DNA of 64,000 nucleotides, taken from contig JAYWIR010000048.1 of NCBI GenBank assembly GCA_036172245.1, positions 992,001 to 1,056,000 of the forward strand, given 5' to 3'. Both the position numbers and the translations under genes were made by a program. This DNA is from Raillietiella orientalis (taxonomy: Eukaryota). Of this stretch, positions 25,301-61,682 are shown one piece after another. The notes under the pieces are model-generated. The model saw only the letters and a list, made by a program, of their open reading frames with translations. It had not been told where the DNA came from and did no database searches. Every line of letters begins with the position of its first letter. The stretch's first letter is position 1.

Positions 25301-28300
25301 GCCGTGGACGCCCCGATTTTCGCACAAACGAGAACCGGAAGGCTCATAAGCTCTGCGGCGAGGTGGACCAGCTCGAACCGCGAGCAAGATGTCTTCTCAC
25401 GGGATGCGCATTTTTAAGCCGCAAGGTCACACGAGGGCACCGCGGCCACCGGCCCTCGCTGCCTGGTGGTCGAAGCCATCCTCTTCGGTGGACCGGGAAG
25501 ACCTTCTCCTGGCCGCGAAGTACCCGCGGTGGCCCGTGGAGCCATCCCCAAGCCTTGCCGTGGAGGGGGAGTCGGCGGGCAAAACCGGTGCCATGGCACC
25601 ACGCCCGCACAGGGTTCCCGAGCTCTGCTGCTGGGGTGCGACCTCTGCCCCACTGATGCTTCAGGTGCACAGACGTGACCCGGAATGCACTCGAGTCCCG
25701 AGCTGAGTTTCGCAAATCGTCTCTTTTGCTTTAGCAGCGGAATAAGGAGATGCGACGATTAGGATGACGGGCTTGCGTACGGTACAGGGCTGTGCGTGCG
25801 TACGTATAGCCAGGGATCCCTACGAAGAAAACATCCGCCAACATTCGAAACGTGGAATGTGGAAACCAACGGCAACGCATATCCTGATAATCCCGAGGCG
25901 TATTCCTATGCAAGATTTTGCGCCAGGAGTGATGTGGGACCGTGGCCAGTCTGAAACGACATCCCCACCCCCCACCTCACGATTCCTCCTCCTTTCTTTC
26001 TTTCTTTTCTTCTGCGTCTTTGTTAATCTTACTTAGCGTTTGATGACGCACTTCTGGATTAGCTCTGCACTCCAGAATGGGATGCGAATTTCCACCACAA
26101 ATCAAAATTGCTGTTTTCAAACCCGAAACGAGGATATACCCCGAAACTCCAGGAGGGCAGATCCGGAAAAGCTACTTTTTCTACATCCATCCCAACAAAT
26201 CATCCTCCGGGAAAGTAATCTATAACTTGCTCGCTGGTCCAGTTTGTTTTCTTCTCCTTTTTGAATGTTTCGAAAGACGACAAGGCAGCTGGAAACCCTG
26301 ACAGCCGCCCCTTCCCCCCCCGTCTCTCCCTCCCAGAGACGGCAATGTCACGACCGCAACGGGCGGGACCGCTCTCACAAAAAGAACCCCCTCGCCTCCC
26401 CCCCTCCGTCAATCCTTTCGCTCCAGACGTCCCGACTACCGGACGGCGTCCCTTCGGGTCCCTCAGGATCCTCGTCGTTGCGCCGGGAACAGCCAGCCCG
26501 CCTCTTCGCGACGGTTGCTCCGCAACGCAACAATGCTTTGTGGCGGCGCGTTCTCGAAGCTTCCGGCCTCCACGCTTGCGCCCAGCAGGCAGGCTTACTC
26601 TCTCCTCCGTCCATTAAATACTATATTTGAAAGGGAGCTCGAAAATTCCTCTCTATTTTGACGTCTTTGATTTGTAGATTTTGAAATCCATAAATCCACC
26701 GGGAATCTTTTACTTACACATTTTCATAAGAATAGTTATCCCAACAGTTGTTAATATGCATCACGTAATGTAAGCATTTTTCATTAATTAATTTGCACCA
26801 TTCAAATAAACATGTTTATATTACTCCTTAGATGGAACATAATGTCCATTATGATGTCTTTAAAAGAAAGTCCCAGATGTGCTTTAATGTACGGGCATAA
26901 CGATAGCTCGCGAATTTTGCATTCTATGGAGCTGTGCCCAGTTGGTTTATCATATAGCTATTAATATCGTGCACTTATTCTATGATAAGACTCAGGGCAG
27001 AATGTGAATGTTGGAAATTTCGTACGCTGCGGAGGAACAACAAAATCTTGCGAGGTTTCGAACCGACTCCAAACTGATGATTTCTGTGAAGGAATGATCT
27101 ATAGCTAGAAGAATCTTGGGCTGTGTAGAAAATGCTCATTCCCTTCCCTTCCATTTCCGTTTTTCACGGGTGCATTTCACTTCTTCACGGATCTGTTATG
27201 CTCAGTTAATGGACTCCAGCCTGAAATGTATCCCAATTTCCTCTCTTATGATGGCCAAATGCAACGTGGGGCATTTTTCTTCAGATTTGAGGGCTTTTCA
27301 TCATCCACTGCAAAAATTCGCGAATATCCTTGGCGAACACCAGTCTTACTTCTTTTTGCCTACATCTCATGCTGCAGTATTTAAAGTGACTAACCATTAC
27401 CAGGTAACCAACGAGGAAGCAACAAGCAAAGAGACGAAGCGTTTTTATCCCCGCCTTCTATTCAAATGAAATCCCGACACTTCGTCTCTTCGGCGTCTCA
27501 ACGCGCCTTCTTGCGCGTTTCTGAGGTCGTGCTGAAATGCAGCCGTACGCTGCTTCCTTGCCTTTCTTCCTATTTCCTGGAAATACAAACTAAATGGCAT
27601 TCAGATATGAGGTTACATTTTGCAACTGCGTTCGCATCATTGGAAGCGACTCGCCGGGGCTATGAGAGGATACTTCGTTCGAAAGACACTTTGACATCTG
27701 AAAGAAAGGATTTTTTTTTTTCCGTTGTTCTTGTGGGATGCTGCTAATGCACTTACGCACTGCTGGGATCCTGTTCGCTCATCTCCTTTCTCCACATCCG
27801 GCAAAGCACCTCGCTCGGCCTCCTAACAGCCCATGAAACCCAAACATAGCATGTGGGGTGGTCGCCTCGCCTCCTTAACGGAAGGCCTTTTGCTTCGAGT
27901 GCCGCCATGCTCGACAGCGTTCGCACCCCAATCCCCGCATGCCCCGCAGCAGCTGGTGGCCAAAACCGCGATGCAGCTACCAAGTAAAGAAGAGTCTCCG
28001 AAACGCGGCCAGCATCGAGAAGCACCAGAGCTTCGGCCAAGTGGAGAATCGGCTGCTGTCCCATTATTCAGTTTCTGACTCTTCGTGACCCCTTCCAGAT
28101 TCTCCGATCCGCATCTCCATGAGCAATCAGCGCTGAGGACCTCCGATGGAATCCCTAGAAAACACGCGCGCGCGCGCAGCCACCCGTTCCTCGGCGACCG
28201 ATCTTGTGGAAACGAACCGAACTTTCTTTTCGGAAGATCCAACGCTCTTGCGCTTTTTCTGGCAGGTGCGCTGCATAGCCATAGGGTAAATTACTTTGGA

Positions 28301-30611
28301 TTCTTCGGACACGACTCTGAGGTAGGAACGAAGTTTGATGCAACTCGAGGGAGCAAAGGGATTGTGTTTTGCATGGTCTAAGGCTGGGGCTGACCGTTGC
28401 GAAGAACGAGATTTCCCTTTGAGCGTGTCAGTATGTCCGTTGTCCTTAGAAAGATTCAGATGTTCCCAAAAGAATTCGAGATGCCGCTGAACCACTGGTT
28501 CCCAAAATGTGCGCGCTTCTTACATGGATTATAGCTCCAAGAGCTACGATTTTCAGCGGTCTTGAAAAAGTCGCCTTGGAGATTCGGAACCTCCAAATAA
28601 ACGAACCCGCTAAACAAAGGGAAGCAACCACAATCTTTCGCTTCTTTTAACCTTTATTTTCTGGACCATTTGACTTGTGCGTCCGCAAATTCATGGAACA
28701 CGAATAGGGAATCAGTTCGATTCAGAGGTTGCCAAGTCCCTCAACAGCCACTTCAGACAGAGTACCCATCCACATCGTGCTCTCAAGTCTGCGTTTGCAT
28801 GACCCCACGGAACCTTTCCTTGGAAGAAAAAAAAAAGCTTTCTAAAAATAAAGGAACGAAATTAGACATCCATGTCGCCAGAAGGGTAATTTCCGAGTTT
28901 ATTAGCGGAAGCATCCCGCGTTCTGTGATCTCGCAGGGATCCAGTTTGGCCTCGCTTCACGGTGTGCTCGGACACCCTTCCAACGCACTCCGGAACGGGA
29001 CTCGGAGGAAACCGCGTTGCGGGGAAACGGTTTCCTCATCCGCCGGCTCCTGCGCTCCTCCTTTTGAGGGAAGCGACGGGAAGCACTGGCAGCTCGGTGA
29101 TCACGCTGTCGGATGTGTACCCGACACTGCGTGTTCCAGAACACCGCGGGTGTGCGCGTTCTTCCACGGGGTGCAGTTGAAATCGGTTCGGGTTTGCTGC
29201 GCCACCACGGCAGGGCGATCTCTCCTTTCTACGGGAAAGGACACTCTTCATCTCTCTCTCTCCCTCCCCGCCGGGCAGCGATAGGGCTACGATGGAACCA
29301 GATTTACCTACTTCTTATGGATTCGTTCGTTTACTTATAGAAGAATAGGCTTCGTGTTCCATTGGAAAGCCGATGGAGCGCAGTCGGCCGGCGGGGGGTG
29401 TCCCTGTCTGCTTCGTTAATCGGAACGCAAAGACACTGGACACACATGGGACAGTTGAAAGAAGTTGCGGCATTCGAACGGAGAGTTGGCACGCGGAAGC
29501 TCGTAGCTCGATTTGGATTCTGTTCCGCCCACCACATCATGGTTTTCGCTTTCGCGCATTTTCTCTTCAGAAGAGTTCTTTCGCTGCTGAGGGCTTCGGC
29601 AGTTTCGGCGGCGCAGGTTTCACTTGCCGGTCAGGAAGGGCATCCAGGTGGCACCTCCTGTGATCTGAGCAAGGCATCGCGTTGGTCGAAGCGCGGTTTG
29701 ACCCGCTCTTCTGCGTGCGATAGCCGGAGGCCGACTCCTGCTCGTCATCAGACTGGATCCGCTTGACAGTTTGGCTCGAGGGTGCGCCGAGGACTGCCCG
29801 AACCGTTCCTTGCCCTGCGCGGTCTCGTCGCCGCCACCGCAAGAACCCGACCAAAGTCTCTCTTTCCGGAAAGCCGAACGGAAACGAGCGCGGTCGGAGT
29901 AGCCCTGGAGAAAAACCTCCTTCCTGAGGACCAGGAGAGATGCTCGTCGCGCGGGGAGCGAGCTATTTTCGGAGGAAACAGCGGAACCTTCCTCCAGATC
30001 TTCGCCTTGCAGGGTTCCCGGGGCGCGGAATCGATCCAGGAGCGCGCATCCTTCCGGATGCGTGGGCGGGTGGGTTCCTCCTGGTAACGTGGAGACGCCG
30101 TCGCGCCGCTCCGCATCGCCCTTGGGGAGCAGGAACGGGCCGGAGGACGTGCTGGAGAACTCCAAACGTACCCCCTACAACACGGTCCCTGCCGAGCAGG
30201 GTACGTGAGACGAGGAGCCACTGCAAGAAGGGGGGGGGGGGGTCACTTCCCAAGAACAAACGGTTTTTCGAGTTCGTTTTTGGTAGGAAGATTAACGCGA
30301 AACTTGAAAACGAAAAAACACACGCAGACACACGGAGACCATTTCCGTTTACTTATGCAGCCCTCGTCTAATGGTTTCCTTCTTCATCGCTGCTCAGTAC
30401 AACGAGGAGAGGACGTTTTTTCTGTCGAACGGCGTCGTCCTCACTTCCGGGACTTTTTTTCGGGATTCTGCGCGCCTTCTGTCCCGTTTGAAAAAACAGC
30501 AGCGGTTTGGGCTTGCTTGGTTGTCCTTACATGGTCTTGGTAGACTCCATGGTTTGGAGGTAAGCAGTTTTCCGGCTCCCTTTTGGATTTTCGGCTTCTT
30601 TAGGCCGAAAG

Positions 30612-30880
30612 GTATGGGTTAATTTAATGGGTCATGGAATGCGAGTGGAATACACTATTAAGGGAATGCCAATGGATTGGAAAAATATTATGTTATAGTG
30701 GTGTTCAGTTGTGGATTTATTTCGAGAGTGGGTTTGATAGTTATATATTTTACTTTAATGCGGATTGGAGGATCTGATTGGGTAAGGGATGGTTTATTAG
30801 TTTGAAAGTTTGGGTTGATGTTTATTTGGAGTTTATTGGGGGTTAGATTATGAAATTATTGATAGATTTCATTCCATGAT
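30612..30880 (+). other. C-poor, G+T-skewed segment; possible nuclear mitochondrial insertion
   Basis: Abrupt compositional skew; a hydrophobic open frame appears under the invertebrate mitochondrial code. Confidence 0.35.
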
Positions 30881-31636
30881 GATATTTAAAAAATCTAACG
30901 TTAAAGTGTAGTGGCATGTAATTTGGTAGTGGCTGTTAATGGGGAAGAGGTTCAGTACAGGTTGGTTAGCGTGGAGCTGCAAGACGGTTTGTTTGGTGCA
31001 TTCAAGGAAAACGATGCCAAACATTCTTCACGTAATAAAATGAGTAAGATCAATTGGCAATCTTCTTCACCGGTGCTATCGTCCTCAGATTCAGGTTGAT
31101 TTGCTTCGTTTCCACCAAATCCTCCTCTCCAAAATTTCTTCTTCCACTCCATGTTTCATGGTGGCCTCCGGGCTGCTGCTCCATTCAAATTGAGAGCTTT
31201 TGCAATGTGTGATGCAATTCCCTGATTTTAAGAAACGATCCGAAATTTGCATTCTCATTTCTAAAGCAACGAATTTCCTCTTAAAAGTGGTTTGTCTTTG
31301 TATTTTGATCAGACATATGTGATTTTTTTTCTGTTTCACAATTCTCTATTGAAGAATAAAAGATTAGTGAACTGAACACTTCGGAAACGCAATACTCAGT
31401 GTTCTGCAGCTGACTCGACTTCAATGGAAAACATAAAGTGAGACCTTGGGATTACTGACGTAATAAAATTCGGGGTATTTTCCCAATTGTTTTTGTGTAT
31501 GCACAAATAGATGGCTAAGCGTACAAAGGCGTTGGGTGTATGTGTGTATATATACACTTCAGTTCTTGCTGTAGTTGGCCATCGATATATAAGTGTGTGC
31601 ATAGTGCGTAATATAATTTAAAACAAAACTCGCAGT

Positions 31637-32381
31637 TCCACGTCATCTGACGGTGGGCAATTCTTCAAGATAGGGGGTACCCCGGGAGGGGTCCGCCCTA
31701 TGAATCCAGGAAGGGCTCGGAGTCCGTTCCTCTCACGCCGGGGGAGGGATCCCCCTGGAAAGGAGGGGTGGATCAGAATTCCACCCTGGTTGTCTCCGAA
31801 GGGGAACCCGGAAGGGAATCTCCTTCCTCATTCTCTCCGTAGCGCCCCCGGAGGGGTCCGCTCCATTCTGTCTTCTCTGAAGGGAACCCGGAAAGGATCC
31901 GATCCTGGAATTTCTTCTCCGGAGAGATCCCTCGCAAGAGGGATCCGCTACTCCTTTTACTCCTCTGAAGAGAACCCAGAGGGGACGCTTCCGAAATTCA
32001 GAAGGACGCAGAATCCCCGGAGGGATCGGCTCGCGTCTCTGCACTCTCTGGACAGGTGGTGGCGACACACCTACTCCATCAGTACGACGCGGAGGGATTC
32101 CCTCAGGAATGGGGGTCCGCTCCTTCACAAACAGAGGGGAGCCCCCCCTCCGTGATTCCTGGAAGGACCCGGAGGTCAACTCCCATTTGTCCGGGCCCTC
32201 ATCGGGGGCATCCGGTTCGAACCGCTACCAGTGCCGCACCCGGATGAATGTAGGCCAACCAGCGTCATCTTGTGGAGTGAACCCACGACGCACTGCATCG
32301 ATTCCTGCGGAGTATTCGAACCCACGACGCATGGTGCCACGCGCGGAGACCACCGTAACCACACGGCCTCCGACGCGGGCC
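31637..32381 (-). mobile_element. tRNA-headed SINE-like interspersed repeat, longest copy
   Basis: Minus strand begins with an A-box-like GGCCGTGTGG and a B-box GGTTCGAATAC, followed by a body shared with five other loci in the window. Confidence 0.65.
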
Positions 32382-35300
32382 GTGTTATAGAAGTACCGTG
32401 TTATACGAGGGTTCCTGCAGTTTCTCTTGTCGTGTTAGAGCGAAATCGTGTCGTAGCAGAGTTACCTTTATAGTTTTTTTTTATAGCCAGTCAAGAACAT
32501 AAAGAGATGAGTTGGGTTGCGTTCTCGAAGTCATATTGCTCCATCAATTTGTTGGTAAACCTTAGTCTTCATCTTTGGAAAAATCTCGTTTACCTGCATC
32601 TTCCGCTGCTTCACAAGCACTGATCATGGGAGAGGATGCAGTTTCTCACTCCAACAGCAGCTTCCATGCATCGCTCGCATGTCTTCCACTCACTCTGCAG
32701 GGCTACGATTGGATTCTTTCCTTGGTGCATGAAACACGAGAAGCAGTGCAGGGAAGCCTTACCGGTCGACGCAAGAGAACAACTCCAAGGCATCTTCCAC
32801 ACAAATCATGTCTGGGAGACGACGGAGGAGCGGATGCACAAGTGCTTTGGTGCATTGGGGGTGCATGGCAAATAAGTTCAGTGCACCATACTCGAGGCTG
32901 ACCAGGGTGAAAGTTTCCAGAACGAGATCACGGTCTAGATGAGCATTATGAAACAGCTTTCCTGCACTCTGTTGCACGGTCTCTTTCTTATAGATATAAT
33001 TACTGAATCCGTGAAGTTTCTAGAAATGTTGCCAAAGTTCTCAACGGGATTTTTAGTAAGGCTACCCATAGCGACGAATACCAAAGCTGCTCTTCGATCC
33101 CATGCCGTGGAAGTAGTCCCATAGGTAGCCTGGACCCCAAGTGTCTCCATGCGAGGACGCTTCACAGCTTCCTTGCACATAGGAAGAGCAAGATCGCCTC
33201 ATCTGAAACATTCTCTGCAAGAGTGAAAGTTCTCCAGCCGAGCAACTTGTTGCACAGTTTGAGGGACGCATGTGGAAAATTGCTTTTTCCCTTTTTTGTG
33301 CCCCCCCCCCCCCTTTTCTTTTTCTTCCGATCTTCGAATGAAACTAATGTTGGTAAGTGGTGCAACAGAGGTGCTTCTAACGGTTTCAGTATCGGCACCC
33401 TATCAGTGTACATTAAGTGACGGTACACCTAGCTGACTCTGCTCACTATAACAGTCAACCTGCAAAGGGCTGCATGTTGACTACATCAAAGGGAATGCAA
33501 ATTACGAAACAGAATAAGAACGCATTTTCAAATGCTTGCTAATCGTTCAGAGCATTTCATAAGCACACGAGTCTAATTTCTTCCCACTTTCCGTTCAAGT
33601 GCGGGATGTTCTTGGCTCTCGCATGATAGAGTGCTCGCATGCTTGGCTTTCCAGCTCCCCCAGGTTTTAGCAATCACTGCCTAACTGTCCTCCCGATTAT
33701 GGAAGCTTTCTGGAAACTTCACGCCACCCGACGTCACCTGGAGTCATCCGCTTATTTAACGGAATCGCTCCTTGCTGAAGTGATGCCACCACCAAGGCAG
33801 TTGGGTGCACCGACCAAAAAACAAAGCTCGAAAAACCCATTCGCATGAAGTTTACGTAAGTGATGCCAATTCTGCTTTACATAAAAGAAGTTCAGGCAGT
33901 GCACGTGAAACAATCTGCAAAGAAATCGCATCCTTCCGAACAGCTGATGCCCACCCCAGCGGAGGAAAGTAGAATCTGGACTTTGGACTGTTTCCTGTGA
34001 ATAGGCTACACGTGGCAGAATCGGGAAGATGTGTGTTGTATTGTGTCATCCCGAATTTAAGAAGGAAACCCAAGTTCTGGATGTGATTGCGTGACATGGC
34101 TGTTTTCAAATTCTGCGGGTACTCCTACACTTGCAGACTCCTAATCCTTTGAATACGAGAAGTAATTCACCTTTCGATTTCCAGCTTGCAAAAAGTGCTC
34201 GATGTACCTTCTTGCTTTTATTTACTTTCGTCAACGATGCGGTAAAGGAAAGGATGTACGCAGTAAAGGCAATACTAAACAACACGGCGATGCTGGAAGC
34301 CAAAAAGCCTATTTGACTTCTATTTTCTAGAGACGTAAAATTCCATCCTTTCCAGTTTTTTTGTTACCGGCAGAAGATAAGGTAGGAATGCTAGACGGCA
34401 ACACATCATGTCAAGTGTCAAATGGGTTCTAATCGAAGAATTAGTCTTCAGAAGGGGGTTTCATTTTACGAAATTTACTTTCATATCCTTTACTGGAAGC
34501 ACCTATAAACAGGGCAATACGAAATCCCATTATTTATATATTTATACTCAATTTACGAGTATTTCTGAAAGAGTCCCCCGTCTTGACATAAAAAGGCCAC
34601 CTGGACATCCACCCATCTGGTCCAAATAAATCTTGCTCTTTAAGAAAGAGCCCAATCCACGGTCTGAAATCTACTGCCAGCTGGCGGAGCGGCCAGTGAA
34701 ACTTCCATCATTGGATTCGCGCTGCACTTCGCAAAGAGTGTGCAACCTCTTCCAGTTCAGAAGATTGTCTCTTCCTTCTAGATCCTGCAGGCGAACAAGC
34801 TCGTTTTCGGAAAAGAAACCGCTGGTCGTGACAGAGACCAGGAAAAGATATTCGAAATTGAAGATTGCACCACAGGGTATTTTCAAGCTATGTCTTTAAC
34901 GCCTGTCCAATTCGAAGGAACGAGGGTGCGGTTTCACACTGGGATGTGCCAGAAAGGCAAATTACGGTTTGCAGGGAATTTTCCCTAAACCACTGTTCTG
35001 CGACTCGAGACATCTGCTTGAACCGTACACTTCCACGGTGTTACCGAATCTGCACGAAAGCGATGGTACTTGGTCTACAGTGCACGACAAACATCCGCTT
35101 ACATGGGAGAAGAGTCGGACTCACTTTGATAGTCCTTCTGCTCGTAAATGATGACACCTATTAAGGTGAAGAAGAAGAGGAATGCTTCTCTTCAGCTACT
35201 GCGTTTCTCTGTGTCTGCACCTCCTGGCAAAGTGACTGTTTCAGCGATGTCCGTCCACTTTCCAGGGTGTTTTCTCAGTTTTATAAATGCTGGTTTTTCA

Positions 35301-36231
35301 GAATATCTGCTTCCGATATTGCCCTTTTGATTCTTGCCTTTGGGGGATTTTTTGGCTCTGCTTAATGATTCCTTTTTTTTTTCTTTCTTTTCAATTCCTG
35401 CGTCATTAGGTAAATTAAATGAAAATAACAAAACATAAGTAGATTGCGTTTGGCTTTATTTCAGTTTTAATCCGTGCTCTCTTCCAACCTGAACTTTCGC
35501 TATTTGGTGATATCCAACATTTCTGAACTTGAAAAAGTCACTTCACATCACGGCTTTCACTCACATTTGCCCCACTCGGGGCGCCATGCAAGCTTCTCGG
35601 CCAAAATTAGGAAGGAAAAAAAATAATAAAACGAAGCTTTTTTTCGATTTTTAAGGAAAACCTTGGGGGAAAAATCAGATCGTATGAAATGGTACCCCTT
35701 CGACAGTACATTTTGCAGGAGCAAAAGTGCCCGTCGGGGCAACTCAGAACCGGAACCGGAAGCACGGAAAAGGAAAACGACGATGAGACCTCAACGGGAT
35801 GAAAATCAGTTGAACTGTTGTTGCCTTTTTTTTTTCTTTTTACCTTTCGCAAATCCCATCGCATGCGATTTCAAGCAGTTCGCATCCTTTCACGACTACC
35901 ACACTGCGGTGTGAAACCATTTGGTTGGACGAGCTTTGTCGCGACCTGAACTCCTGGCGTAGGTATTTGCAAGGCTCCCCCTATGTGTTCTGCAGAATGG
36001 TGTTTTATGTATGCATGTTATGCCTTTAACAGGCAAATGTCGATACCCAAAACTTTCAGAAATCACTTGGCGATCGAAGCTCTGTGCTGTGTTCTTCATC
36101 TTATTTCCTAGATTTCCTGGAAGGCTCCTGATGACCCTTGAAAATCTAATGAAACCTGTAATCACACTTGTTAAAAAAAATTTATTTTTTTATTATTGCT
36201 GTTTGGTGATTGAAGGTTTTAATATAAATTC

Positions 36232-36237
36232 TTTATT
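36232..36237 (-). promoter_or_regulatory. Candidate polyadenylation signal (AATAAA) of the Nav gene
   Basis: tttatt on the plus strand about 80 nt downstream of the stop; further copies near 36181-36195; the region is AT-rich so chance matches are likely. Confidence 0.4.
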
Positions 36238-36318
36238 ATCATCATAAAAGCATAAGAAAGCACTGAAATAACAAGATTATCACTATGTAGTTGTTCATAT
36301 CACATTATACTTCAATGT

Positions 36319-58516
<22,198 letters not shown>

Positions 58517-59009
58517 CTGAAACACACCGACCATATCATGATGCTTTTTCCTTTATCATATTATTATAATCATTATCATTTGTGTGTGTGTGTGTGTGCA
58601 ACTTTGCGCAAGTTTCATTTTGGTTCACTCGTATTTCGAAAATTCTTCCCCCAGTTTGAAAGGCGTGATCGCTGCAAATGCACTCGCAACCATGAAAAAG
58701 AAATGGAGTTCATTGCTGTTTCAGATGAAAGGCGGTACCCCTGACAAAGCCAGAAAGTGACACTTCCGTTTCGGAGCCACTGCTGCCTCTAATTGGTTTT
58801 CAGGTTTTTTTTTTTTAAACATGGAGACCTCAGGCAAATTGCGCAACTCCGCACAGTTCCACCACCTGGGAAAACGATGAAACTATGCTCCTAGAGGTCA
58901 ATCGGTATTCGCTCTGGAGATTGAGAGTCCTGCAGAGTAGCGTCATCCGGGAGCACTCGTGAACATCTCAGGTGCTCAGAACCTCAGCTCTTGGGATATT
59001 CACGGGGTT

Positions 59010-59652
59010 CCTTATACTCTTGTACTCTTTTAACTTTTAACTTCTCCGAAGATCCCCCCTGGAGGGGGGGATCGCACCTCCCCTGGTTGATCTCCGAAGG
59101 GGAACCAGAAGGAATTCTAGAAGGGAACCGCTCCTGTTCACTCCTCTGAAGAGAGCCCCGAAGGGACGCTTCCGAAACTCAGAAGGGGCGCTGCAGCTTC
59201 CCGCAGGGAATCGCTCTCGCTTGCTTCCTTGCACTGTGTGAAGAGGCGACGACTCGGAGGGTCCCCCCCGCAACGGGGAGGATCCGTTCCTTTGAACAAC
59301 TGGAGAGGTGCCTGTGAAGGATCCTGCTCCATCTTGAACAAACCTGGGGGGTCCCTCCAGTGTAGGGGTCCGCTCTCCGCTGCACGACTGGAGGGGGAAC
59401 TCCCCACTCCTTTATTCCTGGGAAGACCCGAAGGTCAATTTCCCATTGTTCCGGCCTTCATCAGGGGCCTCCCGGCTTAATCCAGCGCCGGTGCCACGCC
59501 CGAATGTCTCGGCCAACCAGAGCCATCTTGCAGGAGAAACTCGGAACCCGACGACGCAGTGGCGTCAGAGTTTCTGCCGAAGTATTCGAAGCCGCGACGC
59601 GTGGTACCACACGCGGAAGCCTTAACTACAAGGCCTCCGACGCGGGAGAGCC
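59010..59652 (-). mobile_element. Same SINE-like family, copy in a Nav intron
   Basis: ggcctccgacgcggg, gtattcgaa, ggccaaccag..catcttg and the ctctgaagagagccccgaagggacgcttccgaa body align with the 31637-32381 copy. Confidence 0.65.
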
Positions 59653-60392
59653 ATTCTGGCATGTGGGGCTGCTTCCTGACCCTACTCGATGGAAATTTCA
59701 TTTCTTGTTTGAAATCATACGTCAGAGTGGGCCTGCAGTGCTTTTGGAAAAGCACCACGAGCACTTGTTTCGTGGGGAGCAGGAAAGCCATCGAAGAGGG
59801 TGGAAAATGGTGAGCTAAAGGGATTCCGACACCATGCCGCTTTTTGATAGCTTCCCGTAACGAGTGCTGCACCTCACTCTGTGAGAGACGCGCGTCTTCT
59901 GAGACCAGGAGGAAAGGAACGAGCAGCTCAAGACCCGGTGCATGCGAGGCTGCAGAATGGCTAGATGGTGGGAGCAGTTTGCCTGCTCTGTGGCCGTCGT
60001 GTTTAACCGTGCGAAGCCTCAGTCATTAGCATCCCTGCTGCTCCACGGGAGTGCTGCCGACTGAGTTGCTGTGAACTCTCGTGGATTTCCACCTCCCAGA
60101 CCGTACGCAAGTATACCAACACATACAGCACTTTATATAATCGTCTTCACCGTCGACGCAACCGAGACCAGGGAAAACGCGCGCTGTGAATGACCGTCCG
60201 CCCTGGGGGGGAGTCTTTCCAGAGGGGTGCTTTTCGAAAGTCTGGTCTTTGGACGTTTGGACTATTCGCTCCAATCTGGGAAAGGTTTCCGGTTTTCTGG
60301 AAACAACCCACCGTTTCGGGGTAGCACGATCTAACTGGGACCATCTTCGGGATGGTTCCTTCTCATTGGAAGATGGAAGTTTCAAGCCCCTT

Positions 60393-60413
60393 TATATATA
60401 TATATATATATAT
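60393..60413. repeat. (TA)n microsatellite
   Basis: Directly visible. Confidence 0.9.
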
Positions 60414-61061
60414 CGTGTCACATGTGACTCAGCTCTCTTGACTGTGGTGCTTCCTGTCACAAGATCCAAGTGACAGCTGCATTTCTGAGAAGCAGCGCGT
60501 CTGATTTATTTCCTCTGCAGCAAAGAAATCCGGTTCGCCGGGTTCGTGATCATTCTTCTGCAATGCACATGCAATGCAGATGACAACAAACATTTCGCAG
60601 TCGTAACTAACTTGGGGGGGGGGGGGGGGCAGCCGATCTCGGCCCCACGAGGCGGCTCAACCCGCCCGAGTGCAAGGAAAATTCGTTACCGGGTTCCCGC
60701 CGAGCGCTCTCCTCCCGAGATTCCAAGGATCTCGGGCACGCTGGGAAAAGTGCCCAAATCGGAGGAAGCAGCGGCGACGTTTCTCCGCGAGGCTTAATCT
60801 GCGAAGTGGCGAAGGTGGAATCTCTTTCCGACCACTCCGCTGCACGTCAGTCCGCTTCCTCCGTAACGTGATTATTCACGGCAGACGATGCTCTTGGAAT
60901 GAGTTACCGAGGTATTTGTCTCGGGTATTCATCCTCTCGATGGGAAAAGAACGCAGACACGCGAAAAAGACATGCACCAATTGAAAGAAGCAAACGGTTT
61001 GTTTGAGAGTTGCAGTTCCCGGATTGTAATCGAAAAACAGACATCTCGATGCCTTCCAGAG

Positions 61062-61106
61062 TCTCTCTCTCTCTCTCTCTCTCTGTCTGTCTCTGTCTCT
61101 CTCTCT
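61062..61106. repeat. (TC)n / TCTG compound microsatellite
   Basis: Directly visible. Confidence 0.9.
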
Positions 61107-61682
61107 GCATGATAAGAGAAAAAAAAGGAGGAAGAACCACTTTCGTGCTGAAGAAGCGCATCTGCTCCTGGAGCAGAAATCGGGCAATCCTCGGGAGTTC
61201 TTCATTTCGTCCACCTTCCTTCCTTTATGTGAAAAGACGAAAACACATAAATTCTCTCTGTCCAGAACTTATTATTTATTTATGGGAAGCCTTTTTTTGG
61301 GGAGGGGGGGGGCTCTTTCAAAGAAATGAAATTTTGCTCGATCTTCGTTCGAGCATAACCTCAGACGGACTTCGCTTTGGACAGAAAAGGATAATCTTCG
61401 GACGCTTCGTCAAGAAGACCAAAGAGGGAAAAAGAACACATAGATGTATGGAGAGATCGTTCGCATCCTCTCCTGATTAATTGATTCAAGTCCCACAGCT
61501 GATAGTCACAGGAACTTTATCTTGTGCTAATGACATGACGTTTTCATGAATTTTTTTTTCCACGGCTCCACCGTTTACGAGCGCGCTGTTCAATTGCTTC
61601 TTGAGCTAATGGTTGTGCGGAATGCCCACGCACGCGCGGGCGCGTGCGTAGCTGACGGAACGATAATTTCCCTTCTCCTTTT

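Noticed and set aside
15764..30600. Dense ORFs, e.g. 16185..16991, 18818..19612, 21119..21547, 23370..23804, 27753..28064
   Set aside because: No motif, codon pattern or phase-consistent exon chain could be established, and no reverse transcriptase or transposase motif was seen. A diverged gene cannot be excluded without a search.
32300..32381. tRNA gene suggested by GGTTCGAA
   Set aside because: No complete cloverleaf or Pol III terminator; it is the head of a dispersed repeat (also at 20429-20500 and 59580-59650).
32575..35450. Short ORFs downstream of the Nav stop
   Set aside because: No recognisable homology or consistent splice chain.
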